Part shown: positions 52,863 through 64,000 of the stretch, piece after piece
How the letters are laid out: the number at the start of each line of letters is the position of its first letter
How positions within the stretch are numbered: position 1 is the stretch's first letter
Origin: Lama glama
Taxonomy: Eukaryota
DNA: 64,000 nt
Direction: 5' to 3'
NCBI GenBank assembly: GCA_028534125.1
Contig: CM052817.1
Span: forward strand, 35,838,001-35,902,000
The notes under the pieces: model-generated
The model's input: the letters and a program-made list of their open reading frames with translations, nothing else
Database searches by the model: none
What the model was told of the DNA's origin: nothing
Made by a program: the position numbers and the translations under genes

Positions 52863-55800
52863 CTGAAAATAGGGGGAAAGGGTATGAAAGTGGAAGATCT
52901 CAAAATGAGGGAAAATACCAAATTTTACTACTTCAAGGTTTTTCTAGAGCCAACTTTGACCACTACTTGTCCCAATCATCAGTCTTTTGCTGCCAAGCAG
53001 CCATTCCTCCTCATAAAATATCAGGTAACTGTAGCTCCAGTTTTATTTGAAGACCACCTCTCTCCCAGACTTAGCAATGCTACTTAGAAGGGGCAGGACA
53101 GTCCCTGCCCTAAGCTGAAGAGCTGTGGGCTCTGACTGGGGTGAGCCAGGCCGTGGGACCCATCCCACTGGCCCCATTTCAGACCTAGGCACACATGTAA
53201 GTTAACAGAGACAAAAAGGGATGAGGAGGTATCTACTGGAGGTGGATTTGATGCTGTGAGAACATTGGTCTCGGAGCTCAGCAATACTTTTCTGTGATGA
53301 GAGAAGCCAGCCCGAGTCATGAAGCTGAGGTACAGGGAATGCTGCCCCCACAGATAGACCGTGCGAACATGGTTAGAGTCCTCACTCAAGCTATACCGGA
53401 AGCAGGCTTCCCTTGGGACTTTTGAGTCTGGTGCTCAATCACCTATTACATTCCTCCTTTTAAACTTGCATGGGTTGAACTATGACATTTGCATTGTAAA
53501 GAATCCTAATGAATATGACCTCCCAAGTCAGGCTACATTTCAAGCAGAAGCATGATATGGAGAAAATGGGCTGGTCATTCTAAAGTACTTTGTAAAGTGG
53601 GGGAATGAGCACTAGAATTGAGAAAAATTGCTCCTCATTATATAATTATGCTTTTTTTTTAATCTGAAAAATGCTTTGACTTGATGTTTTGAAAAGAAAT
53701 GAAATGGACATACCTGTTTGATTTGCCTCAAAATTATATTTTGCTTTTCAACATTACCTGACTTTAAACTACATTCAAAGTAGTTGGATAGAATAAATGT
53801 TTATTTTAATCCTTTGCCTACAAAATTAAGAAGGTGAATTCTGTTTCTACAGATCTATGAACTCTGGCAGTGGGCTTCCTCTCCTTTCCCTTGCCCTAGG
53901 CTTGGTCTTCTGAGAGGCCTGAACTATGCTTTTCAAAAAAGGAAAAGTAATTCAAGCTGACAACCGAATGTCCCACTTTATGCTTTTTACTTTTAAGAGG
54001 TAGTGATGTTTCAAGGTTTGCAGAATGGAGCTTGTCACTTTTGGTTCAGTTCAAATCCATTTCCGTTCGTTGAAAATGAAATTAGAGAGGATTTGGTTAA
54101 TGTTAATTTTTAAGTGAAATTTATGGTTTCACTAAAAGTGAAAAAAATTGTCTTAATATAATGTTAATTTTCAAGGTGACTAATTTAGAATGGGCTTCAC
54201 ATGTTCCCCATTTCTCTCTCGCAACTTTGTTTTTCTCCACTGCCATCAAGTCCAACACAGGGATGAGGGGCTCATTCAATGTAGCCATATGGGATTCCTT
54301 CCCTCCTTATCCCTCTCAATTCCCTTTTGTTCTTATTCCTATTCTTTTTTCCCTTCCCCTCATCTGTCTTCCCACTTTCCCTCCCTTTTCACCATCTCTC
54401 ATTTTCCTTTAGTGAAAGAGAAGGAAGTAGCATTGGCATCTGGGAGTAATGAGATACACTGATGGAGGGAGACACTCCCTCTCTTTCCTGATCACCATCA
54501 CTGTTTTGTCACCACTGAAAGCTATTAGAATGATTTTGCACTTTTCTTATTTTTTCATCTCTCATTATCATTTATTTAATATTTTTAAACTGTAAAATAT
54601 CACATGCATACAGAAAATCACATAACATATATGCACAGTTTACTACCATTAACTCTTCAATTGATTGTTACTGGATTCTGCCCCCATCCCTCAATGACCC
54701 TGCTCTGATAAGGGTCGCAGTAACTTAACTGTCATTATTATAACTATATAACTATGATAACTATGTTTTATTTTTCAAAGTTCTGTTTAGTTCCTTTTCA
54801 AATCTGCTTGACCTCTGTTTAAGTTTCCTATTTCTTGCTCATATCATAAAGCCTCTCTGTGCAAACTAAACTTTGCTATGTTTGCCTTCTGTAGTAATTG
54901 CACCAGGTGGTCTGAGTGGGTCTGATAGTGCTCTCAGAGGTTTCTGCTAGCTGTTACTCATGCTGCCTTGTGGGCTCTTGTCCTTTGGAACTTCATCTGT
55001 GGAAATTTTTTGAGGACTCTGTTGAAGTTGTATTCCTTCAGAGAGGACTTGTGTTTATTCCTACCAATCTCCTGCAATCACAACCATCTTAAATCTTCAG
55101 CTGGATGGTGTGGGGATAGAGTCAATTTATATTACAAACCAATATCAATTCAGGCTCACGTTTACAAATTCTCAGGAAAGATATTTCTCTTCTTACTCAA
55201 TGCCAGGGTCAGGACAGGAGAGTTGTCTTGCTGCCTCTCCTGTGCTACAAGTTTATTTCTAAGTCCCTTTCACTGAAGATGTAAGTCTTTTATGATCGCA
55301 ACTTTATGGGAGATTTTTCTCCTATCTCTCTGGCTTATATTAAATAATTCTTCACTGTAATTATTTGAGTAAATGATGATTTCCCACTCGTTTATTGTAA
55401 AGTGCTTGAGATAGATCTTTTACTTAATCGCAAAGGCAGTGCTCCGTATGGTACCAATTCATTCTATCAACCAATTTTTATTGAACACATTTGTGCGAGG
55501 ACTATTCTGTATTCTGGATACATAAAAATTGCCAGGGCATTTATGGTCCCTGCTGTCCTGGAGCTTAAATTTGTTAGGGTACATTATAGGTGTTCAAAAA
55601 GGTATTAGTGAAAACAAATGAATGATCCAATGATGTGTAGCAAGAGGAAGGAAGAAAAGAGAGAACTGTCAGCCACAAAAGAGGGTGAGGTTAAAGTTAC
55701 AGAAGCAGTGGCAAAAAAGGATCATGAGAGTTAAAGTTAGCTGCCTGAGGCATTCTGAAACCAAGTCTAGGTTCAGAGTGTCAGAGAGGGCCTAAGATGA

Positions 55801-56094
55801 GCATAAACCAGCTTAACTGCAGTAGAAAAGTCCAGAAATAGAAAGCTAAACAATCTCCCAACAACACTTGTAGGGGGCTCTTGAATATCTTGCTATGTGT
55901 ACATATGTCATTTAAGAGCACTAGCAAATAAGATAATGACAGTGACCCTGAGGGGTACCTCCTCCTTCTCCACACTGCTTCCTCCAAGGACAGGGACCTG
56001 CTCATCTCTCTGTGCACTTCAGTCCCCCTCTTTTAGTCTTAACTTCTTCAAACATTTACACTTTTACTTCTCCACTTTTGTATGTCTTCTCATT

Positions 56095-56765
56095 CTCTTT
56101 TTTTTTCCCTCTGGGTTATTTTGGAGTTTCCTGAGTGATAATTATTCTAAAGAGATGACTCTGTGGGGGTCTCTAGATAGTTTCAGGAGGGGGGCTGCTT
56201 GCCTTGAATACAAGCTTAGAATTTTCAGCCTCACTTCCCAATCTTGGGGTAAAGGAAGGGGCTGGATTGAGTTAATCATCAATGCTCAATGATTTAACCA
56301 AACCTACCTATAGGATTAAACCTCCATTAAAAAGCCCCAAAACAACAGGGTTCAGGAAGCTTCCAAGTTGGCAAACATATCCATGTGCCAGGAGGGTGAC
56401 CCACCCAACTCCACAGGGAAGGACTCTTGTGCTCGGGACCCTTCTGGACCTCACCCCATGTGTCACTACATCTGACTGTCCATCTGTACCCTTTACAATA
56501 AACTGTAATAGTAATTGGAGGGTTGTGGGAAACCCCAGGTTTGTAGCCAAGGCAGACAGAAGTGAGGGTGACCTGAGGACCTGATACCTGCAACTAACAT
56601 CTGAAGTGAGGGCCACGTTGTGGAACTGAGCCCTCAAACCTGCAGGGTCTAACTCTGGGCAGTTAGTGTCAGAATGGTAGTCACACCTAACTGGTATCAG
56701 ACAGTTGAAGTATTGGGAGAGACCTGTGAATACTGAGGTCAGGAGGGGAGAAAACCCGTCAGGCC
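56095..56765 (+). mobile_element. ERV LTR (MER21-like)
   Basis: catgtgccaggagggtgacccacccaactccacaggg...gggacccttctggacctcaccc; explains the ORF cluster 56282-56637. Confidence 0.75.
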
Positions 56766-57079
56766 CCCACTAAATTTGACCCCAATACTTGTAATTACAC
56801 CTTTAATAAATGTCGTGTTGAAATCATATTAGCTTGTTACTAGAAGATGACCTGCCTTCCTCAGACTCATTCCCTTATCCCACTACAGAACCAACTAATT
56901 GCCTCAAGGGCGAGAGGCTGTCCCAGATTCTCATCATAATTTATCTTTCTCTCCTTCACACTTTTATGTCTTATAAGGTATCTTTAATCATGGCACTTTC
57001 ACAATCTGCTCTGTGATAGAGTACACAAGGAATGCACAAAGAACAACAAAAACAAATTATGGTATAGGTGCATGGTACA

Positions 57080-57270
57080 GGGACATTCTACAGAATTCGT
57101 GACTGGTAGTCCTCGAAACTGTCAAGATCATCAAAAACAAGTACATCCTGAGAAACTGTTACAGCCAAGAGAAGCCAAAGGAGATATGAAAATTAAGTGT
57201 AATGTGGTTTACTGGTTGGGGTGCTGGAACAGACAAAGATACTAGGTTAAAACTAAGGAAATATGAATCA
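57080..57270 (+). mobile_element. Old L1 3'UTR fragment (L1MC/MD-like)
   Basis: aaactgtcaagatcatcaaaaacaag...ctgagaaactgttacagccaag. Confidence 0.6.
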
Positions 57271-57619
57271 ATTACAGAAAAGCAAACAAAAACCTATTAT
57301 GGTACATTACATGGATAGAACACATAAATAAGGAAAACACAAGATGCTTGAACTATCTAGAAACTTCCTAACAAGATTAATTCACATACAAATCATTACA
57401 GATATGGCCAGTAAAACCACTATTTGACTACACTTTGATGGTTCTATATTTATTTTATATATTTAAATGAAATAAAGCATCATGTCTTTAAAAAAACATC
57501 AAGTAGTTAAAAGGATTACCCTATCTTTACTCCTAAATTAGTAAAACATAAGTGTGTCTGTGTTGGCAATTAATAGCATCATGAAATAAGACTTCTGAAG
57601 TAAGATTATCTAAAGCATG

Positions 57620-58430
57620 GAGATTAAACAATTTGTTATTAAAAAAATCAATGGGTCAATGAGGAAATCAAAGCTGAAATTAAAAAATACCTTGAGACAA
57701 ATGAAAATGAAAGCACAACCACACAAAACTTATGGGACACAGCAAAGGCAGTGCTAAGAGGGAAGTTTATAGCAATACAGGCCTTCTTCAAAAAAGAAGA
57801 ACAATCTCAAATAAACAATTTAATCCACCAGCTGAATGAACTAGAAAAAGAAGAACAAAAAACCCCAAAAGGCAGCAGAAGGAAGGAAATTATAAAGATT
57901 AGGGAGGAAATAAATAAAATAGAGATTAAAAAGACCATATTAAAAATCAATCAAACCAAAAGCTGGATTTTTGAAAAAGTAAAATCGACAAACCTCTGGC
58001 CAAACTCACAAAGAAGAAAAAAGAGAGAGCACAAATTAGCAAAATAAGAAGAGATAATGGAGAAATTACAAATAAAATAGAAATACAGAATATCATATGA
58101 GAATATTATGAAAAACTATGTAACTGGATAACAGAGGAGATGGACAAGTTTCTGGAAACATACTGTCCACCAAGACTGAATCAAGAGGAAACTGACCACT
58201 TGAACAAACCGATCACTAGAAATGAAATTGAAATAGCAATAAAAAACCTCCCTACAAATAAAAGTCCAGGACCGGACAGCTTCACCGGGGAATTCTACCC
58301 AACATACAAAGAACTCATACCAGTCCTTCTCAAACTCTTCCAGAAGATTGAAAAGGAGGGAATACTCCCAAACTCATTCTATGAAGCCACCATCACCCTG
58401 ATACCAAAACCAGGCAAAGACACTAACAAA
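57620..58430 (+). mobile_element. Young 5'-truncated L1 ORF2 fragment, cut by the gap
   Basis: [11 protein letters not shown]..., [15 protein letters not shown]...[13 protein letters not shown]...[19 protein letters not shown]; frameshifted. Confidence 0.95.
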
Positions 58431-58930
58431 NNNNNNNNNNNNNNNNNNNNNNNNNNNNNNNNNNNNNNNNNNNNNNNNNNNNNNNNNNNNNNNNNNNNNN
58501 NNNNNNNNNNNNNNNNNNNNNNNNNNNNNNNNNNNNNNNNNNNNNNNNNNNNNNNNNNNNNNNNNNNNNNNNNNNNNNNNNNNNNNNNNNNNNNNNNNNN
58601 NNNNNNNNNNNNNNNNNNNNNNNNNNNNNNNNNNNNNNNNNNNNNNNNNNNNNNNNNNNNNNNNNNNNNNNNNNNNNNNNNNNNNNNNNNNNNNNNNNNN
58701 NNNNNNNNNNNNNNNNNNNNNNNNNNNNNNNNNNNNNNNNNNNNNNNNNNNNNNNNNNNNNNNNNNNNNNNNNNNNNNNNNNNNNNNNNNNNNNNNNNNN
58801 NNNNNNNNNNNNNNNNNNNNNNNNNNNNNNNNNNNNNNNNNNNNNNNNNNNNNNNNNNNNNNNNNNNNNNNNNNNNNNNNNNNNNNNNNNNNNNNNNNNN
58901 NNNNNNNNNNNNNNNNNNNNNNNNNNNNNN
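58431..58930. other. Assembly gap (500 N)
   Basis: Run of n. Confidence 1.
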
Positions 58931-60380
58931 TCTAAATTTTGTATATTCATGTTATTACATTGCAATTTTTATTATATATTTATAATTTTATATATATTTA
59001 GAACTGTTTTTATAAATATATATCTACTAAATGGAAAATTTTTATGTACATCATTACTTCTAGTTCTGTTTTCAAAAGAAAGGCAAGATTTACACTAAAA
59101 TTTTTATATTTCATAGAACCCAAAAGATATCATTTTACATACCATTAAGAAAGACAAAAATGCTGTCAACTATAACTGCAAGGTGCTATTGATCACAAGA
59201 AGTATATCAATTTCACAGGTATTAAAATGTGTATCTTTGGAATCAATGAAGTAACAGTAGTTTTTCTAATGGTGGAGACATTTTTATTATGTATTGTGCC
59301 AATGTAACTGATTGGTCTAATTTACAGTACTGAATATTTGTACAGTGCAGGAACAAAACCCTTCATTCTCTAGTTTTTATAGAAAAGTAATTTAGGTAAT
59401 TTATGTGCAATGGTTGAAATACCTTATTAACACACTAAGGGGACACAAATTCCCCGAAATATTAAAGTAAATCAGCTAATGGCCCCCAAAAGCTGATTAA
59501 TAGAACATGGAAATGTTATCCCTACATACTGTCCCTCAATGACAATTTTTAAAAATACAGCCATACTTTGTGAGTCAAATTGTTATGATTATCACATTGA
59601 AATAGCTTAAAATATATGAGTTTCATTTAGATCACATAGATTATCAAGACTCCTATTGAATTCAACTTTTAAGTTATATTTTTAAAGCCAAAAGGGGATT
59701 TAAAAAAATCTAGGTTCTCTGTCATCTTAAATTAACATACCAAGTTTATGTGTATGCTCTCAGAAATTTCTCATTAAGGAAAAATAGTATCTTTAAAACT
59801 TTATTCTGTGATATTACTTTTTTTTAAAAAAAATTAATTGCTTCAGTAGATGAGAAAAACTGTTTTCCATAAGTTAACTTTGTCTTTTTTTAGGCTGAAA
59901 GGTAATTGCATTTCCTTTGTAAGTAAGTTTCAGATGATCACCATATTCTGAAATGCAGGAAAGAATTGGGTATCATTTTTGTCGGCCTTAGAAGGACTTA
60001 GATGTGATTTGGTTACAAGTTTACAAAAGCACTTTTGGTAGAGGTTACTTCATATTTTAATGAGGCTGAGTCCTACAGTCAATTTTTCTCTCCTACTTTA
60101 AGGGAAAAAAAGTTAAGTGTTCCAAAATCTCACTGATTTCTTTAATATCTGTATAGTAACTCTAAGGTAGTATCTCCCCCGGTGATTTAATCAGTTACAG
60201 TGGTAATAGCTAATAATATCATTACAGAGTCACTATGAACACAGAAAACCCCACAGGTCTATCCTTGAAGTTCTAGGGATATTCATAAATCACACCTAAA
60301 TTTCTAAAAAGGAACTACACTAAACATTTTCGTATCCACCTTTAGGTTGCCCAAAAAATGTGGAAGACAGTATGCCTTAC

Positions 60381-61269
60381 ACATTTCATTACACATTTAT
60401 AACACTTTTTGTTTCTGGCTTTCTGGCAAATTATACTAAGCAAGTATGTTCTCGACATGGGTCCCCAAGGCAGACAGGCTTGGGGCCTGAGTCCACCTTC
60501 ACTAGGAGTAACAGTGAGGAGCCAGGAAAGAGGATGGGCTCCGGCACCCCTGCCCCAACCAGGGACTTCAACGTGGAAGGGATATTGGCTGCTGCAGTGA
60601 CCTGTGGAGACACCGCTGGATCTACCTTCCAGCCCCAGGCCTGATCTTTTGATCAGAAGAAAATTTAGAAGATGCCCTCATGATGACTGTAACTGTCAGC
60701 TGCATGGAGCGTCACTGGAGGATTTTCTGAGCCCGATGGATTGACAATGATACTCAGCTGCCTGGGGAATAGTGCTGGTGGAAGCATTCTCTGGAATTAC
60801 ACCCAGCTAAAAGTGGTTTTAAGGAAGGCCTGGGCTGAGGGTCTTATGGATCCCTGCAGCCTGGATGCCCAGGGTGGGGAACAGCGGACGGCAGTTTCCT
60901 GCAAGGGCTGTGATCTTCATCCTTGTCTCAGACAGGAATGTTTGGTGGGGTCTCTGCCAGCTCCCTCTGGGCTCCCTCTGAGGCAGGTGAAGTATTATAC
61001 TTCACACAATTGGTGTTGAGGATCGCAGCATAGACATTGATTTGTGGACACCCAGCATCGTGTCTGGCTCACAGCAGACATGGCATGTGGACTGGGAGCA
61101 CGCCTCGTCCTCCAGGAGAGACGGGATCTCACTAAAGGACATCCCACCTGAGTCGAGGAGGCAGGTGCTGTGCTGGGCTCCAAGGTGAAGTGGGATCAGG
61201 ATTGCAGCCCCACCCTTGGAGGCACTCTCTCTGTAGGGAGCCCATCCATTGGCCACGAGGCCACACTGC
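60381..61269 (-). pseudogene. Pseudo-exon E2 (889 nt, phase 0 to 1)
   Basis: Acceptor agttgcttctgttagctctag|G; donor TGT|gtaagg; GC-rich and repeat-free; ends ...SLSALGTHVENILA*YNLPESQKQKVL*MCNEM. Confidence 0.55.
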
Positions 61270-61425
61270 CTAGAGCTAACAGAAGCAACTTCTACTCCCT
61301 TCTTGGCCCCAGCAACTGTGTGACCTTGGGCAGATCAACTCCCTTCTCTGGGTCACTGATGGGGGAAACTAATTTCTGTTCTGAGCTGGGACACTTGAGA
61401 GTAAAAAGGGCACTGGAACGTTTAC

Positions 61426-61656
61426 TCTGGGATGACCAGCGTCAACCAGGACATTGCTGGGCACACCAGGCCCAGGGCCCCCGGCCTCATCAGTCAGACG
61501 GGGGACAGTGCTGACGCTGCTGGTGCTGCTTCCTGACTGGGTGCAGGTCTGCTCCTCCAGGTCCCCCCGCCCTTGCACGGGCAGTTTGCATTTCTGCTTT
61601 CAGTGTATGAGCTCGTCATCTCACAAAAATGCCTTCAGCTGCTTCGAAGAATTCAT
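61426..61656 (-). pseudogene. Pseudo-exon E1 (candidate first coding exon)
   Basis: ATG at 61656, 77 codons MNSSKQLKAFL*DDELIH*KQKCKLPVQGRGDLEEQTCTQSGSS...DAGHPR, then AGA|gtaaac (phase 0). 5' boundary uncertain. Confidence 0.45.
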
Positions 61657-64000
61657 TTCTCCTTGAGCCCTGCTGCCCTGGACCACAGCTAGAGGAGGCC
61701 TCACTGTATTTTTTTTTTTAAACTGATAGGCCCCTGAGGTGATTGACAGCACACGCTGTAGACTTAAGGGCCTGGGAGACTGAGCACCGCCCTCCCACCT
61801 ATACAGACCCCCAGCCAGCATTCCCAGGGATGAGGCAGTGCCCTAGACCTCAACAAGGATGCCCAGGCCTCCCGGAGGTCTGCACAGGGGCACTGTGAGA
61901 GAAGGGCTGTGACTCATTCTCCCAGCCAAGCCTGCAGATCAGTTCTCAATGAACAGCCACAGGGTTGCTTGCTAGTCGGTGTTTATGAACACCTGAAGGG
62001 TGCCTGTTTAACCTGCTACCTTTTCACATATGAAGAAAACTGAGGTTCAGAGAGGTCTAGAAAGCTGTCGAGGTTATCTAGGGAGAAAGCAGAGAAGCTG
62101 GTATTTGTTCTCCAATCCATCACTCTTCCACAACCCCACTCCTTCTGCTGGGCCAGAGTTCCACAAAGTGTGCCAAGGAGGTATGCAAGATAATTTTGGG
62201 CTATAGATGGTCATTATAAAAACAAAATTATTTTATATTTACTTTAACTTGAGCTAGAAAGAGAACACAGCTGGCACATAAGATCTGTGATTTTGTTTAG
62301 GCTATAGATAAAGTACCTTAACTTTATGTTTAAGGAAAGGTCAACTTCATGAAGATACTAGTAAGTGGACACAGCCCTCCTGAGGGAGGGCTCAGTGTGA
62401 AGTGCACGTCCCGGCTTTGACTGTAATACTTTGTGTGGCTCTGGCCACGTCACTGGAGGCAGCGTGTCTCTGAGACCATGACCTAAGTAGCCACGACCTG
62501 CTTCATGTCAGCTGTGCCATTTAGTCCACCATGATCCTCCCTAAATCCAGAAAATTCATAATGAAGTGACCGCAGAGCTCAGTCTGAAGAAAATGAAAAT
62601 AAAAAGAATCCCAGGACAAGAGCACCATTATAATCATGTAATTTTGCTGGAATTGACTGTGGCTACTGATCTGGGCCCTGCCAACTCTATTATGTTTACT
62701 GGGCACTCAAAGTTTTCCCGTCAACCCCTAGATTACTCTCTGAGATTGAATTATGAAATAGTAGATACTCCCACTACATAATTTTTTAAAAATAAACTCT
62801 CAGTTGCCAAACACTTTCCATTTGGTCTGAGTTCTGTAAGTCTTTCAAATCCTCTAAAAAAATATGTTTATTTAAACATTTGCAGATATTTTCTTTAAGG
62901 GGCACAAAGTCAAATAAGAGCACATTATTTCTGTGCTTCTCAAACTAGGATCCATACAAGGAGCATGTGGTTAACCAAGATAACACAGTGCATCTTCCTA
63001 GAGGATATCATTAGTGTAACAATACCTGGAAAAGGAAAAAGATTTTTGTATTACAATTCATTATGGAATTAGAATACAGTTTATATGTGTTTATGATAAA
63101 ACACAGGATTAAACCATTTCAATGTCATGACTGAAGGAAGTTTGAAAAGTTTTTGTTAGCAAAAAGCTCCGTGAAAAATGCAGAGCAGTATTCAAATATG
63201 TCATCACCCTTTTTAGGCTTCAGAATCCCTTTGCCTCCAAGAAATTAAACAGCTTCAGGATTTATCTGTGCAAAATTTCATTTCCATAGGCCTTTCTAGT
63301 AAGTTCAATTGTGTAAACTGAGTAAAGTGTGTTAATAATAATATATAAATTCTCCCAAAGAAAGTAGATTCTTAGAGGTTTTCTGAAAAGGCTTTCCTCG
63401 AACTCAAAGCCTCTGCTTTGTCAAAAGGCAGAATTTTGATCTCTAACCGTAGCTTCATGAAGGAGTGTCAGAGCTTCTAAAATCTCCTCAAATCAATCAC
63501 AACAAAGCTCCCTATCTCTGCCTGGACCTAATGGTTATAACCAGTCTAACCAGTCTCCTGTGACATTTCTTTTGCTCTAATTTTCTACTGATCCTGTGTT
63601 TGGTATTTCAAGTGTCCTGCTAACTGTTATCTGCTTTAAAGGTATTTTATTACATCAGTGAATTATGCCAATATTGGGAACAGATTCTATGAACAAAGCC
63701 AACATTTATGTATTTTATTTGCAGGCCTGGAGCAAAGAGATTACAATTCCATCCCCATTTCCTTTTTCAACCTAAGATGTCTTAACCGTGCCTGCATATC
63801 TCACTGTGCCTAGCAGGAGATGGTCAGGAAATGATTTCTAAATTGGATTAACCTTCCAGTTTTCACTGAAATAAACTGTTATTGCATTTCAGCTGACTCT
63901 AGTCACTTGCATCTCTTTTTATCTCACTTCCCTCTTAAAGGGTTTTCCCAATGCAGCAACATCAGGGTTGAGTCACACACTGGATCTGTTAAGCATACTT

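Larger units (their letters stand above)
1..61656 (-). pseudogene. Multi-exon decayed gene (14 candidate exons, about 1850-1900 codons, may continue past position 1); product unrecognised, includes a TFIIB/cyclin-box-like segment
   Basis: Repeat-free islands bounded by minus-strand pyrimidine-rich AG acceptors and GT donors. The frame imposed by exon lengths matches the open or most protein-like frame in most exons. Many in-frame stops; net frameshifts needed only in E8 and E11. Confidence 0.7.

Noticed and set aside
56282..56637. Cluster of 88-109-aa ORFs
   Set aside because: Inside a MER21-like LTR.
58140..58985. 281-aa and 180-aa ORFs
   Set aside because: Artefacts of the N gap; the real part is L1 ORF2.
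60987..61005. Palindrome gtgaagtat-t-atacttcac
   Set aside because: A 9-bp stem is plausible by chance in 64 kb.

Overview
Mammalian genomic DNA, probably camelid (two tRNA-derived SINEs resembling Vic-1, plus young L1 3' ends). It is AT-rich and rich in interspersed repeats (L1, MIR, MaLR/ERV LTRs, Tigger and hAT DNA transposons) and has a 500-N gap at 58431-58930. I find no intact protein-coding gene, RNA gene or CRISPR array. The main non-repeat structure, which the ORF track hides, is a chain of 14 candidate exons on the minus strand running from about 61656 to or past position 1. They have canonical splice signals and a largely consistent reading frame. Together they form about 5.5-5.7 kb (about 1850-1900 codons) of stop-interrupted coding-like sequence, most simply an unprocessed pseudogene of a large protein I do not recognise. 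The segment across exons 2-4 resembles a TFIIB/cyclin-box repeat. Exon boundaries, frames and repeat family names were assigned by eye and need alignment-based confirmation.
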